Of a stretch of DNA of 64,000 nt, positions 37,435 through 47,728 are shown in pieces. The first letter of the stretch is position 1. Each line of letters opens with the position of its first letter. The position numbers and the translations under genes were made by a program. Under the pieces are notes generated by a model. The model saw only the letters and a list, made by a program, of their open reading frames with translations. It was not told the origin of the DNA and made no database searches. Source of the DNA: Eubacteriales bacterium. Its GTDB lineage: Bacteria; Bacillota; Clostridia; Oscillospirales; JAAYXM01. The stretch is taken from assembly GCA_045649265.1 (NCBI GenBank), contig JAZRPO010000006.1, forward strand, positions 245-64,244, read 5' to 3'.

Positions 37435-38865
37435 TTAAACCTTGAGCTCTGCTTCTTTTACAATCTCTGTGCTGTATTTTGAGATTGCAGGTTTAACGAA
37501 GTCTCTTATAAACTCTGTTACCTGTGATGCGCTTCTTCCGGTATAATTCTTCGGGTCAAGATTTGACTCTATCTCCTCTTTAGACATGCCAAAAGCGGGG
37601 TCGTTCGCAATTCTGTCGATTAAGTCATTAGCTCCTCCCTCTTCCTTAACAACCTTTCCGGCTGCAACAGAATGAGTTCTGATAAGCTCATGAAGCTCCT
37701 GACGGTCGCCGCCACGTTTAACAGCATCCATCATAATGTTTTCACTGGCCATAAACGGAAGTTCTTCCATTATATGTTTTTTAATTACTTTCGGGTAAAC
37801 TACAAGTCCCGATGCAATATTAAGATAGATAGAAAGGATTGCATCTGTTGCGAGGAATGCCTCGGGCACTGCAAGGCGTTTATTTGCAGAGTCGTCAAGA
37901 GTTCTCTCAAACCACTGTGTAGCCGCAGTCAGCGCCGGATTAACAGATGTGCTGATTACGAACTTCGAAAGGGCGCAAATGCGTTCGGAACGCATCGGGT
38001 TGCGTTTATACGGCATTGCAGAAGAACCAATTTGGTTCTTCTCAAACGGCTCTTCCATTTCCTTAAGATTTGAAAGCAAGCGAAGGTCCGTTGCAAACTT
38101 GCAAGCACTCTGAGCAATTCCGGAGAGCGTAGCAAGCGCCATGGAATCAATTTTTCTTGAGTAGGTTTGTCCTGAAACAGGAACTACACCATCAAAGCCA
38201 AGCTCTTCTGCTATGTACTCTTCCATCCTTTTGATTTTGTCTTCATCGCCGTCAAAAAGCTCAATAAAGCTCGCCTGAGTTCCGGTTGTTCCCTTTGAAC
38301 CGAGAAGACGCATTGAATCAATTCTGAATTCAAGCTCAGACAAATCATATAAAAGCTCGTTTATCCAGAGTGTTGCGCGTTTTCCAACTGTAGTGAGCTG
38401 TGCTGGCTGATAATGCGTAAAGCCGAGAGTCGGCATATCTTTATACTTTTCTGCAAATTCAGCAAGTGCGGAAATTACGCTCACAAGCCGCTTTCTTATA
38501 AGTGTGAGTGCATCGCGCATAACGATAATGTCCGTGTTGTCGCCGACATAACAGCTCGTTGCTCCAAGATGGATTATTCCGCGTGCCTTCGGGCATTGCA
38601 AGCCGTATGCATAGACGTGAGACATAACATCATGACGGACTTCTTTTTCGCGAGCCTCAGCCTCTTCGTAATTGATGTCATCTTTAAAGTTTTCAAGCTC
38701 ATCAATCTGCTCCTGAGTAACCGGAAGCCCTAATTTCATTTCTGCACGTGCAAGAGCAATCCAGAGCTTTCTCCAAGTGCGAAACTTAGTGTCCGGAGAA
38801 AAAAGCTCTGTCATCTCACGGCTTGCATAACGAGTGTTTAACGGAGATTCATATAAATTTTTCAT
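37435..38865 (-). CDS. purB: Adenylosuccinate lyase
   Basis: SPLNTRYAS start region, GSSAMPYKRNP signature. I prefer the ATG at 38865. Confidence 0.95.
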   Translation of the reverse strand: MKNLYESPLNTRYASREMTELFSPDTKFRTWRKLWIALARAEMKLGLPVTQEQIDELENFKDDINYEEAEAREKEVRHDVMSHVYAYGLQCPKARGIIHLGATSCYVGDNTDIIVMRDALTLIRKRLVSVISALAEFAEKYKDMPTLGFTHYQPAQLTTVGKRATLWINELLYDLSELEFRIDSMRLLGSKGTTGTQASFIELFDGDEDKIKRMEEYIAEELGFDGVVPVSGQTYSRKIDSMALATLSGIAQSACKFATDLRLLSNLKEMEEPFEKNQIGSSAMPYKRNPMRSERICALSKFVISTSVNPALTAATQWFERTLDDSANKRLAVPEAFLATDAILSIYLNIASGLVVYPKVIKKHIMEELPFMASENIMMDAVKRGGDRQELHELIRTHSVAAGKVVKEEGGANDLIDRIANDPAFGMSKEEIESNLDPKNYTGRSASQVTEFIRDFVKPAISKYSTEIVKEAELKV

Positions 38866-38875
38866 AATATCTTCC

Positions 38876-40156
38876 CTACCCAACTATATTTTCAAGCGAA
38901 GCAATCTTAACACAAAGTGCGAGAAGCTTGGAAGCTGTTTCAAGCTCTGCAACAGTGGGATATGACGGTGCAATACGAAGATTTGAGTCCTCGGGATCAT
39001 TTCCGTACGGGAATGTTGCGCCGCATCCTGTCATTACAACCCCAGCTTCTGCCATCAGCTTATGAACTCTCTTTGCAGAGCCGCCGGTAACATCGAGGCT
39101 AATGAAATATCCGCCATTCGGTGCAGTCCACTTTGCAATACCAAGCCCTGAAAGCTCAGAATCGAGAATATTGAGAACAACATCAAACTTCGGAGACATA
39201 ATTTTTGCATGCTTCTTCATATGTGCTTTAAGTCCGTCAAGATTCTTAAAGAAACGAACATGGCGAAGCTGATTTACTTTATCAGGACCAATCATCTGGA
39301 AGTTCAAAACTTTTTTAGCCGATGCAATATTTGCCTCACTTGTTGCCATAACAGCAACACCTGCACCGGGGAAAGTCATCTTTGAGGTAGAAGCGAAGAT
39401 ATAGCACATATCTTCCTTCCCTGCCTTCTTACACTCATCAAGAAGGTTGAGAATTTCATCGCCCTTCTCATAAAGGTCATGAACGCAGTAAGCATTATCC
39501 CAGAATATTCTGAAATCCTTTGCAGCCGGGTTAAGTGCTGCAAAAGCACGAACAACATCATCAGAATAGCTGATTCCGCTCGGATTGGAATATTTCGGGA
39601 CACACCAGATTCCCTTTACAGATTCATCATTTTCAACATGCTTGCGAACTTCGTCCATATCAGGTCCGCTTTCTGTCATCGCAATCGGAATCATTTTTAT
39701 ACCAAAGCATTCGCAGATTCCGAAATGCCTGTCATATCCCGGGACCGGGCAAAGGAACTTAACCTCCGGAAGCTTGCACCAAGGAGCGCTTCCCATAACG
39801 CCATGTGTAACAGAGCGTGAAACCGTATCAAACATCATCGTGAGGCTTGCGTTTCCGCCGACAACGATCTCAGAAGTTTTTACACCAAGCATTTCTGCAA
39901 AAAGAGCTTTCATTTCCGGAATACCGTCAATTCCGCCGTAGTTTCTTACATCGGGCGAAACACTTGAAACATCTTCATTCTTCGAAAGAACAGTGAAAAG
40001 CTCTTCGCTGAGGTCAAGCTGATTCGGAGCCGGCTTTCCCCGAGACATATCTAGTTTAAGTCCTTGAGCAACATAGGCAGCATACTCTTTCTGAAGCGAT
40101 GAAAGAAGAGCCTTTGCTTCTTCTTTGGCAAGTGTCCGATAAGAAGTATTATTCAT
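38876..40156 (-). CDS. Class I/II PLP-dependent aminotransferase (aspartate aminotransferase-like)
   Basis: 426 aa. Aminotransferase fold-type I pattern with a probable PLP lysine in STSKMTFPGAGV. Confidence 0.7.
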   Translation of the reverse strand: MNNTSYRTLAKEEAKALLSSLQKEYAAYVAQGLKLDMSRGKPAPNQLDLSEELFTVLSKNEDVSSVSPDVRNYGGIDGIPEMKALFAEMLGVKTSEIVVGGNASLTMMFDTVSRSVTHGVMGSAPWCKLPEVKFLCPVPGYDRHFGICECFGIKMIPIAMTESGPDMDEVRKHVENDESVKGIWCVPKYSNPSGISYSDDVVRAFAALNPAAKDFRIFWDNAYCVHDLYEKGDEILNLLDECKKAGKEDMCYIFASTSKMTFPGAGVAVMATSEANIASAKKVLNFQMIGPDKVNQLRHVRFFKNLDGLKAHMKKHAKIMSPKFDVVLNILDSELSGLGIAKWTAPNGGYFISLDVTGGSAKRVHKLMAEAGVVMTGCGATFPYGNDPEDSNLRIAPSYPTVAELETASKLLALCVKIASLENIVG

Positions 40157-40187
40157 ATTTATTCTCCTGAATTAAAATTTTTCAAAC

Positions 40188-41576
40188 TTAAAAGAGCTTA
40201 CCTGTGCATCTCGGGAACGGAAGAACGTCACGAATGTTGCTTATTCCCGTAAGATACATAATCAAGCGTTCAAAACCCAGCCCATATCCTGCGTGAGAAA
40301 CACCGCCAAAACGGCGAAGATTGAGATACCAATCATAATCAGCACGGTTAAGACCCATTTCATCCATCTTAGCCGCAAGAACGTCATACCGTTCTTCACG
40401 CTGGCTGCCGCCAATAAGTTCTCCGATTCCGGGAACAAATAAATCCATAGCAGCAACTGTTTTTCCGTCATCGTTCTGACGCATATAAAATGCTTTGATT
40501 TCCTTAGGATAATTGATTAAGAACATCGGCTTTTTCATAACCTCTTCTGTAAGGAACCTCTCATGTTCAGTTTGGAGGTCACATCCAAAGAAGACGGGAT
40601 ATTCAAACTTTTCCTTATGCTGTTCCAAAATTTTGATTCCATCAGAATATTCCATAACACCAAACGAAGAATTAGCCACGTGTTCAAGGCGTTCTATGAG
40701 GCCCTTGTCAACGAAATTGTTGAAGAAGTTCATTTCTTCCTTGCAGTTGTCGAGAACGTGACGTATTACGAACTTTACCATTGCTTCGGCAAGCTCCATA
40801 TCATCATTCAAATCAGCAAAAGCAATTTCAGGCTCAATCATCCAGAATTCCGCAGCGTGACGGGCAGTATTTGAATTTTCTGCCCGGAAAGTTGGCCCGA
40901 AGGTATAAGTCTTTCCAAATGCAAGAGCAAAGGTTTCGGCTTCAAGCTGGCCGGAAACCGTAAGGCTTGCTTCGCGGCCAAAGAAATCTCCAGAGTAATC
41001 AATTTTTCCATCCTCGCCGCGAGGAGGATTTTCCATATCAAGCGTTGTAATCTTGAACATCTCGCCTGCGCCCTCGCAGTCGCTGCCGGTAATAATCGGT
41101 GTATGAGCATATACAAAGCCGCGCTCATTAAAAAACTTGTGAATTGCATACGCGGCTTCGCTTCTCACTCTGAAAACAGCGGAGAACGTATTCGTTCTCG
41201 GACGAAGGTAAGAAATCGTTCTCAAAAATTCAAGAGAATGCCTTTTCTTTTGCAACGGATAATCGGGGGCAGACTCACCTTCAATGCTTACTTCCTCTGC
41301 TTTAATTTCAAACGGCTGCTTTGCATCGGGAGTGAGAATAAACTTACCCGTGACAACAACAGCGCTTCCTACATTTAAATGAACAAGCTCAGAGAAATTA
41401 TTAAGAGAATCATCAAGAACAACCTGAACGCTTTTAAAATATGAACCGTCATTTAACTCGATAAAACCAAAGACCTTTGAGTCGCGAACTGTTCGCACCC
41501 AACCGCCCACAGTTACAGAGTTTCCGGAAAAGGCATCTGGTGAGTTAAACAACTCTCTTACGTTTGTAAGCTTCAT
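40188..41576 (-). CDS. asnS: Asparagine--tRNA ligase
   Basis: OB-fold N-domain and class II motifs (GPTFRAENS; GGSQREER; GLGFERL). I prefer the ATG at 41576. Confidence 0.9.
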   Translation of the reverse strand: MKLTNVRELFNSPDAFSGNSVTVGGWVRTVRDSKVFGFIELNDGSYFKSVQVVLDDSLNNFSELVHLNVGSAVVVTGKFILTPDAKQPFEIKAEEVSIEGESAPDYPLQKKRHSLEFLRTISYLRPRTNTFSAVFRVRSEAAYAIHKFFNERGFVYAHTPIITGSDCEGAGEMFKITTLDMENPPRGEDGKIDYSGDFFGREASLTVSGQLEAETFALAFGKTYTFGPTFRAENSNTARHAAEFWMIEPEIAFADLNDDMELAEAMVKFVIRHVLDNCKEEMNFFNNFVDKGLIERLEHVANSSFGVMEYSDGIKILEQHKEKFEYPVFFGCDLQTEHERFLTEEVMKKPMFLINYPKEIKAFYMRQNDDGKTVAAMDLFVPGIGELIGGSQREERYDVLAAKMDEMGLNRADYDWYLNLRRFGGVSHAGYGLGFERLIMYLTGISNIRDVLPFPRCTGKLF

Positions 41577-41765
41577 AAAATTCAACTCCATTACATAAAA
41601 CTACATAATATATATTTAAACATAATTTTGTCAAAAAGTCCATAGATAATTTCCTGTTTTTTATTTAATTTCCAAATATTGCAGAAGAATTTACGAATTT
41701 AACATAAGGTGTTTTGGAATACTTGTTTTGTAGGCTAAAATCAAAGACTTAAGGAGTTGAAAATT

Positions 41766-41990
41766 ATGTTTGACAGAATCGCACTTCTTCTCACAATAGT
41801 TGGCGCACTAAACTGGGGCTCGATCGGTTTGTTCCAGTTTGACATTGTTGCTGCTATTTTTGGCGGTCAGGGTGCTATCCTGAGCAGAATTGTCTATACA
41901 CTCGTCGCACTTGCAGGAATCTGGTGCATTTCCCTATTCTTCCGCGATGATGCTGTTATGACAACTCACAGAGAAAAGGGCCATATGTAA
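41766..41990 (+). CDS. DUF378 small membrane protein
   Basis: LLLTIVGALNWGSIGLFQFDIVAAIFG is the typical DUF378 motif. ATG at 41766 follows AAGGAG. Confidence 0.75.
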   Translation: MFDRIALLLTIVGALNWGSIGLFQFDIVAAIFGGQGAILSRIVYTLVALAGIWCISLFFRDDAVMTTHREKGHM

Positions 41991-42007
41991 ACTAAGAAAA
42001 CTGAATT

Positions 42008-42052
42008 AAAAAAATTCCCGCAATGCTATATCGCGGGAATTTTTTGTTTTTT
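42008..42052. terminator. Bidirectional intrinsic terminator
   Basis: An A-run precedes ATTCCCGC (42014-42021) paired with GCGGGAAT (42033-42040), followed by a T-run, between convergent genes. Confidence 0.7.
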
Positions 42053-42060
42053 ATGTAAAA

Positions 42061-43254
42061 TTAAAGGGAATTTACAATTTCTTCGGTATCTTTTGCAATC
42101 ATGAGCTCTTCGTTTGTCGGGATGATGAAAATCTTGACCTTAGAATCAGCCGCAGAAACATCAATCTCTTTTCCTCGAACCTTATTCTTCTCTGCATCCA
42201 TCTTCACACCCATATATTCGAGGCCTGAGCAGATATCGTAGCGAAGGTCAGTTGAATTTTCGCCGATGCCTGCGGTGAACACAATGGCATCTACCCCGCC
42301 CATCGCTGTCGCATATGCACCGATAAACTTCTTTACTTCATAAATGAACTTATCAAGAGCAAGACGTGCACGTTCATTTCCGTTTACAGCTGCGGCTTCA
42401 AGATCACGGAAGTCAGAGCTTACGCCGGAGATTCCGAGAACGCCTGACTTTTTGTTAAGGATATTGTTCATTTCCTTGATGTCATAGCCGTAACGACCCA
42501 TGAGATATTCAAGAATCGTTGCATCAATATCGCCGGAGCGAGTACCCATAAGGAAGCCTGCAAGCGGGCCGAGCCCCATGCTTGTATCCTGACACTTGCC
42601 GTCAACTACTGCAGAAAGTGATGAGCCATTTCCGAGGTGGCAGCAGATAACGCGGCTGTGCTCAGGATTGCCGAGCATATCAATCGCACGTGCAGAAACG
42701 TAGCGATGGCTTGTTCCGTGGAAACCGTAGCGACGAACATCGTCCTTTTCATAGTATTCATACGGAATCGGGTAAATATATGCCTTTGGCGGCATTGTCA
42801 TATGGAAAGCAGTGTCAAAAACTGCAACCTGCGGAGTGCTCGGCATGACCTTCTGACAAGCGCGGATACCCATAAGGTTTGCAGGATTGTGGAGCGGGCC
42901 GAGCGGGATACACTTTTCAATCGCAGCAATGCAAGCATCGTCAACAAGGCAGCTCTTGGTAAACTCCATACCCCCGTGGAGAACCCTGTGACCGACAGCA
43001 GCAATTTCATCGGTAGAAGCGATAACGCCTTTTACAGGGTCAACAAGAATATCAAGAACTGACTGGATTGCCTCAGCATGAGTAGGCATAGCGATGTCAG
43101 CCTTAACATCATCACGACCGGGAACCTTGTGAGTAAGACGGCCATCGATGCCTATGCGTTCACAAAGACCTTTTGCAAAAACCTGACCGCCCTCTGATTC
43201 CATAAACTGATATTTAAGCGAGGAGCTTCCTGCATTGATAACAAGAATTTTCAT
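42061..43254 (-). CDS. ackA: Acetate kinase
   Basis: MKILVINAGSSSLKYQ start, HRVLHGG, FHGTSHRYV. Confidence 0.95.
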   Translation of the reverse strand: MKILVINAGSSSLKYQFMESEGGQVFAKGLCERIGIDGRLTHKVPGRDDVKADIAMPTHAEAIQSVLDILVDPVKGVIASTDEIAAVGHRVLHGGMEFTKSCLVDDACIAAIEKCIPLGPLHNPANLMGIRACQKVMPSTPQVAVFDTAFHMTMPPKAYIYPIPYEYYEKDDVRRYGFHGTSHRYVSARAIDMLGNPEHSRVICCHLGNGSSLSAVVDGKCQDTSMGLGPLAGFLMGTRSGDIDATILEYLMGRYGYDIKEMNNILNKKSGVLGISGVSSDFRDLEAAAVNGNERARLALDKFIYEVKKFIGAYATAMGGVDAIVFTAGIGENSTDLRYDICSGLEYMGVKMDAEKNKVRGKEIDVSAADSKVKIFIIPTNEELMIAKDTEEIVNSL

Positions 43255-43424
43255 AAAAACATTCCCTCCGGTAAATTAATTCTGCCGCACATCTTGAAAA
43301 AAGATGGCTTTGCGGTTAAAATATAAATAACTATGTTGCCTTTCCAGACAGTAAAGTATATTTTACAATATATCGTTGCTTTTTGCAAGCTTTTTTTAAT
43401 TTTTTCAGCAAAAGGAGTGAGAAA

Positions 43425-44618
43425 ATGAACATTTATGGCATTGTATGCGAATACAACCCATTTCATAACGGCCATCTGTACCAAATCGAACAAATAAAAG
43501 CCTGCGGAGCTGACGGAATTGTCTGCGTTATGAGCGGTAATTTTGTTCAGCGCGGAGACTTTGCAATAATGCAAAAGCATGCACGCGCAGAAGCTGCAAT
43601 CCGATGTGGAGCCGACATTGTTTTTGAGCTTCCGGTGCCGTATGTTCTCTCCTCTGCCGAGCGCTTTGCTTACGGTGCAATTTCTATTTTTGAAAATCTC
43701 GGCATCATTTCTTCTCTTGCTTTTGGAACAGAGAGCAATGATCTCAACTCGCTTCTTGAAATTGCAAAGCTTTTGATTTCAGGGGACCTGAATTCCGAAA
43801 TAACAGCTGAGCTTTCACTCGGAGTTTCCTACCCTACTGCGTTATCTGCTGCCTTAAATAAACGAAACAAAAGCCTCGCAGAGCTCATTTCAACTCCAAA
43901 CAACATTCTTGCAGTTGAATATTTAAAAGCGCTTCTTATGTTAAATTCTGATATTAAACCCATAGCATTTAAAAGAATCGGCGCGGAGCACGATTGTGCA
44001 ATATCATCTGACACTTTCGCCTCAGCCTCTCATATTCGCTCACTTATTACGGATAATGCTCAGATTAAAAAACTCATACCGCCTCCCAGCCTCGAAATTG
44101 TTGAAAGGGAAAGCAGTCTTGGTCATGCGCCGGTAAATATAAAAACCGCTTCGACTTCTGTCATTTCTTCATTAAAGCGCCTTTCCCCCGAAGATTTTAG
44201 GAAGTATCCCGATGTTTCCGAGGGACTGGAAAACCGGATTTTTGATGCGGTTGCATCAAGTAATTCACTTGAAGATGCGATAAATTCAGCAAAAACAAAG
44301 AGATATACACATTCCCGACTTCGCCGCATTTTTCTTAATGCTTTTCTAAATATCACCTCTGATTTTCCAAGCACTCCACCGTATGTAAAGCTGCTTGCCT
44401 TTTCGGATTCAGGCAGAGCGATTTTAAAGAGGACAAAAGAAGTTTCGAGGATACCGATTATAACCAGGCCGTCTGCTATAAAAAACGAGAGCGACGAAGC
44501 AAAAAAACTCCTCGCTCTCGAAAAACGTGCAGATGATATATATTCTCTTTTCATGGAAACTCCGCTACCCCCGGGAGCGGCGCTTAAAACATCTCCTGTT
44601 TTTGTGTCAGACAAGTGA
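43425..44618 (+). CDS. tmcAL: tRNA(Met) cytidine acetate ligase (UPF0348/YlbM family nucleotidyltransferase)
   Basis: GIVCEYNPFHNGHLYQI (HIGH-like) and MSGNFVQRG motifs. ATG at 43425 follows AAGGAG. Confidence 0.8.
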   Translation: MNIYGIVCEYNPFHNGHLYQIEQIKACGADGIVCVMSGNFVQRGDFAIMQKHARAEAAIRCGADIVFELPVPYVLSSAERFAYGAISIFENLGIISSLAFGTESNDLNSLLEIAKLLISGDLNSEITAELSLGVSYPTALSAALNKRNKSLAELISTPNNILAVEYLKALLMLNSDIKPIAFKRIGAEHDCAISSDTFASASHIRSLITDNAQIKKLIPPPSLEIVERESSLGHAPVNIKTASTSVISSLKRLSPEDFRKYPDVSEGLENRIFDAVASSNSLEDAINSAKTKRYTHSRLRRIFLNAFLNITSDFPSTPPYVKLLAFSDSGRAILKRTKEVSRIPIITRPSAIKNESDEAKKLLALEKRADDIYSLFMETPLPPGAALKTSPVFVSDK

Positions 44619-45989
44619 GTTTACGAGCTTTTTGAAAGTTTCTCCTCTGAGCATAAAGTTTTCAAACATGTCAAAGGAAGCACAAGCCGGAGAAAGAGCC
44701 ACGATATCTCCTCGTTCCGAAATCTCCGATGCAACGCGTACAACATCTTCAAAGGTATCACACATAACTATCGGAAGCTCGTTTTCATCGTATCCCTCGG
44801 CCTTTACCACTGCATCGCGTATGCTATTTGCAGTCGCACCTACAAGAATGAGTTTTTTAACATATTTGACCGCGGCATCACCAAGAACATCAAACGGAAT
44901 TTTCTTATCATATCCACCGGCTATCAGGATAACCTTTCTGTCAAAGGCCGAAAGGCCGGCTATTGTTCTTGTGGGGCTTGAAGCTATTGAATCGTTATAG
45001 TATTTAACTCCGCGAAGCTCACGGATAAATTCCATTCTATGCTCCACACCACCAAAACTTTTTGCAACGCTCAAAATATCTGTTTCCGATACTATGCCCT
45101 CTGTTGCCGCAATAGCTGCCATGTAGTTTTCAACATTGTGCATTCCGGGAATTTTAATATCTGAAAGTGACAGAACTTTTTTTGTTTTTTCGTCAGTTTT
45201 TCTCACGATATATCCATTCTCAACGCAAAAGCCATTTGCAAGAATATGTTTTGACGAGAACAAAACTGCCCGCTCTCCCAGCTCCTCGGCAATAAGCCTT
45301 GTAACTTCATTATCATAATTCAAGACAACCCTTCCTGTTGAGTGACGAAAAATTTCCTTTTTAGCATAAATATATTCTTCAAAGGATTTATGCACATCAA
45401 GATGATTCGGTGTCACATTTGTTATAACAGATATTTGCGGGCTGAATTTAATATTCATTAACTGAAATGAGGAAAGCTCAACAACGGAAAAATCAGTTTC
45501 AATCATGGAGTCAACCTCATCAAGCAAAGGCTTTCCGATATTCCCGCCAACAAAGCAACGCTTTCCTGCCTGTTCAAGCAGTTTTCCTATGATTGTTGTT
45601 GTGGTTGTTTTTCCATCACTACCGGTTACTCCAATACACGTGCATGGGCATAGCTTTAAAAACTGCTCCATTTCAGATGTAATAACGACACCGTTTCTTT
45701 CCGCTTCCAAGAGCTCCGGAACATCATAACGAAGCCCCGGCGTCTTAAAAATAAAGTCAACATCATGCAGGTTTGAAAGATAACTTTCTCCGAGAGAAAA
45801 CTCTGCACCCATGGCTATAAATTCATTTATCAACTCCGAATTATGTTCCGCCTTTTTGTCGCAAACCAAAACCTGCGCACCGCATCTTAACATCATTCGT
45901 ATAAGCGGTGTATTGCTGACACCCATACCAATGACAGCGCAACGCGTTTTGCTAAGTTTTTCGAGTAACTTTTTAAGCCCCTTGCTCAT
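44607..45989 (-). CDS. murD: UDP-N-acetylmuramoyl-L-alanine--D-glutamate ligase
   Basis: GMGVSN Rossmann-like N-domain, GVTGSDGKTTTT P-loop. ATG at 45989 follows GGAGG. The 3-prime end overlaps the tmcAL 3-prime end by 12 nt (convergent). Confidence 0.9.
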   Translation of the reverse strand: MSKGLKKLLEKLSKTRCAVIGMGVSNTPLIRMMLRCGAQVLVCDKKAEHNSELINEFIAMGAEFSLGESYLSNLHDVDFIFKTPGLRYDVPELLEAERNGVVITSEMEQFLKLCPCTCIGVTGSDGKTTTTTIIGKLLEQAGKRCFVGGNIGKPLLDEVDSMIETDFSVVELSSFQLMNIKFSPQISVITNVTPNHLDVHKSFEEYIYAKKEIFRHSTGRVVLNYDNEVTRLIAEELGERAVLFSSKHILANGFCVENGYIVRKTDEKTKKVLSLSDIKIPGMHNVENYMAAIAATEGIVSETDILSVAKSFGGVEHRMEFIRELRGVKYYNDSIASSPTRTIAGLSAFDRKVILIAGGYDKKIPFDVLGDAAVKYVKKLILVGATANSIRDAVVKAEGYDENELPIVMCDTFEDVVRVASEISERGDIVALSPACASFDMFENFMLRGETFKKLVNSLV

Positions 45990-46060
45990 ACTGCTCCTCC
46001 GATTAATTAAAAACAAATAGGCAACCGCAAATGTTCGGTTGCCGGGTTGTTATGTATCAA

Positions 46061-46300
46061 TTAGCCTTCGATAATAATGTTTTTTACTGCTTCGCGGAAA
46101 GCCTTATACTCTTCTTCTGTTCCGTTGACAGTAACAGTCACCGGCTTTGAGAGGTCAATGCTGAAAATGCCCATGATTGATTTTGCATCAATAACATAAC
46201 GACCTGAAATAAGGTCGATATCACACATTTGCTTGCAAGCTGCATTCACAAAGTTCTTAACCTCATTGATTGATGAAAGTGAAACGTTGAATTTGTACAT
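46061..46300 (-). CDS. HPr-fold small protein lacking the His15 site
   Basis: 79 aa from ATG 46300 (GGAAGGAG RBS). DAKSIMGIFSIDL aligns with the HPr Ser46 region. Asn sits where His15 would be (SSINEVK). Confidence 0.65.
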   Translation of the reverse strand: MYKFNVSLSSINEVKNFVNAACKQMCDIDLISGRYVIDAKSIMGIFSIDLSKPVTVTVNGTEEEYKAFREAVKNIIIEG

Positions 46301-46405
46301 AAATATAGCTCCTTCCAAATTTGTATTGCTATTTTCCTTACAAATAAAGTATAATACTTTTGTGGAGATTTTTCAACTATTTTATTGTAAAATTTAGGTG
46401 AGTTT

Positions 46406-47698
46406 ATGAATATCGCTTTTTATACACTCGGTTGCAAGGTTAATCAATTTGAAACGCAGTCACTTGAACTTTTGCTTGCAGAAAAAGGTCACACTGTTGT
46501 TCTTGATTATTCTCTTGCAGATGTCATTGTTATGAATACTTGCAGCGTCACTTCCACCAGCGACCAAAAATCAAGACGAATGATACGATACATGGCAAAA
46601 ACCTACCCTGATGCCAAAATTGCGGTATGTGGATGTCTGGCACAGCTTTCCCCTGATGAAATCGCCAAAATTGAGGGGGTTTCGCTCGTTTCAGGCACAT
46701 CAGAAAAAGAAGCCTTTGCTGATGCGATTTCTTCCCTTTTAACTAAACGTTATGCGAAGCTTCCGATCGATAATCCTCTTTTGCGCCGAAAATTCGAATG
46801 TCTTCCGGCTGGCGGGCTTTACGGACATACCAGAGCGCTGCTCAAAATTGAAGACGGTTGCAGCAACTTCTGCACATATTGCATTATTCCGTATTCACGC
46901 GGCCCTGTCCGCTCGATGCCTTTTGACTCTGCCATTTCAGACTGTCGGAAGCTTGTTGACTCCGGCTACAAAGAAGTTGTAATTACCGGTATCGAAATTT
47001 CATCTTACGGTCGGGATCTTTCACCAAAGCGAACACTTCCCGACATAGTATATGCTCTTTGCAGCGCTTTCCCAAGGATAAGATTCCGGCTCGGCTCTCT
47101 CGAACCGAGAATAATTGACGATAATTTCTGCCAAAAACTGAGTGGTTTATCAAATCTATGTGACCACTTTCACCTTTCTATGCAAAGCGGTTGTGACGAA
47201 ACACTTTCGAGGATGCACAGAAAGTATGACTCGTCCCGCTTCCTTGAAGCAGTAAAGCTTTTAAGGCAACATTTTCCGGGTTGTGCAATTACGACAGATA
47301 TGATAGTAGGATTTCCCGGTGAAGATGAGAATGAATTTGAAAAATCCCTTTCTTTTATCAAAAAATGCGAGTTTTCTTCTATGCATATTTTTCCCTATTC
47401 AAAAAGAGCCGGAACTGCTGCTGCGAAAATGGAAGGACAGATAATTAAGAAAGTTAAAGCACTAAGGGCGAAGCGGGCTGCTGAAATTTCTGCCGAAATG
47501 TCCAAAAACTATCTTTCTTCGAGGCTACAAGGAATAGAATCTGTTCTTTTTGAGGAGGAACACAAAGGTTTCTGGGTCGGCCACGCGAAAAACTTCGTCA
47601 AGGTGTATGTAAAATCTGACCGTGATTTAAAAAATACCGTTTTTGACGTTAAAATTTCCTCGCTATTATTTGATGGGCTGTTTGGAAATATAATATAA
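46406..47698 (+). CDS. mtaB: tRNA t6A37 methylthiotransferase MtaB (radical SAM, MiaB-like)
   Basis: UPF0004 N-domain Cys triad, radical-SAM CSNFCTYCIIP, TRAM-like C-terminus. Confidence 0.8.
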   Translation: MNIAFYTLGCKVNQFETQSLELLLAEKGHTVVLDYSLADVIVMNTCSVTSTSDQKSRRMIRYMAKTYPDAKIAVCGCLAQLSPDEIAKIEGVSLVSGTSEKEAFADAISSLLTKRYAKLPIDNPLLRRKFECLPAGGLYGHTRALLKIEDGCSNFCTYCIIPYSRGPVRSMPFDSAISDCRKLVDSGYKEVVITGIEISSYGRDLSPKRTLPDIVYALCSAFPRIRFRLGSLEPRIIDDNFCQKLSGLSNLCDHFHLSMQSGCDETLSRMHRKYDSSRFLEAVKLLRQHFPGCAITTDMIVGFPGEDENEFEKSLSFIKKCEFSSMHIFPYSKRAGTAAAKMEGQIIKKVKALRAKRAAEISAEMSKNYLSSRLQGIESVLFEEEHKGFWVGHAKNFVKVYVKSDRDLKNTVFDVKISSLLFDGLFGNII

Positions 47699-47728
47699 AT
47701 ACATAATTCTTAAAGGACTGTGTTTTGT

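Noticed and set aside
41592-41765. Possible T-box riboswitch upstream of asnS.
   Set aside because: The intergenic region is only about 190 nt, is shared with a divergent gene and is very AT-rich. It lacks the conserved T-box sequence (rc of AANNNGGGTGGTACCGCG) and any terminator/antiterminator pair.
44607-44618. 12-nt overlap of the convergent 3-prime ends of tmcAL and murD.
   Set aside because: Short convergent overlaps are common in compact genomes. There is no sign of a frameshift or fusion, and both proteins end at normal positions.
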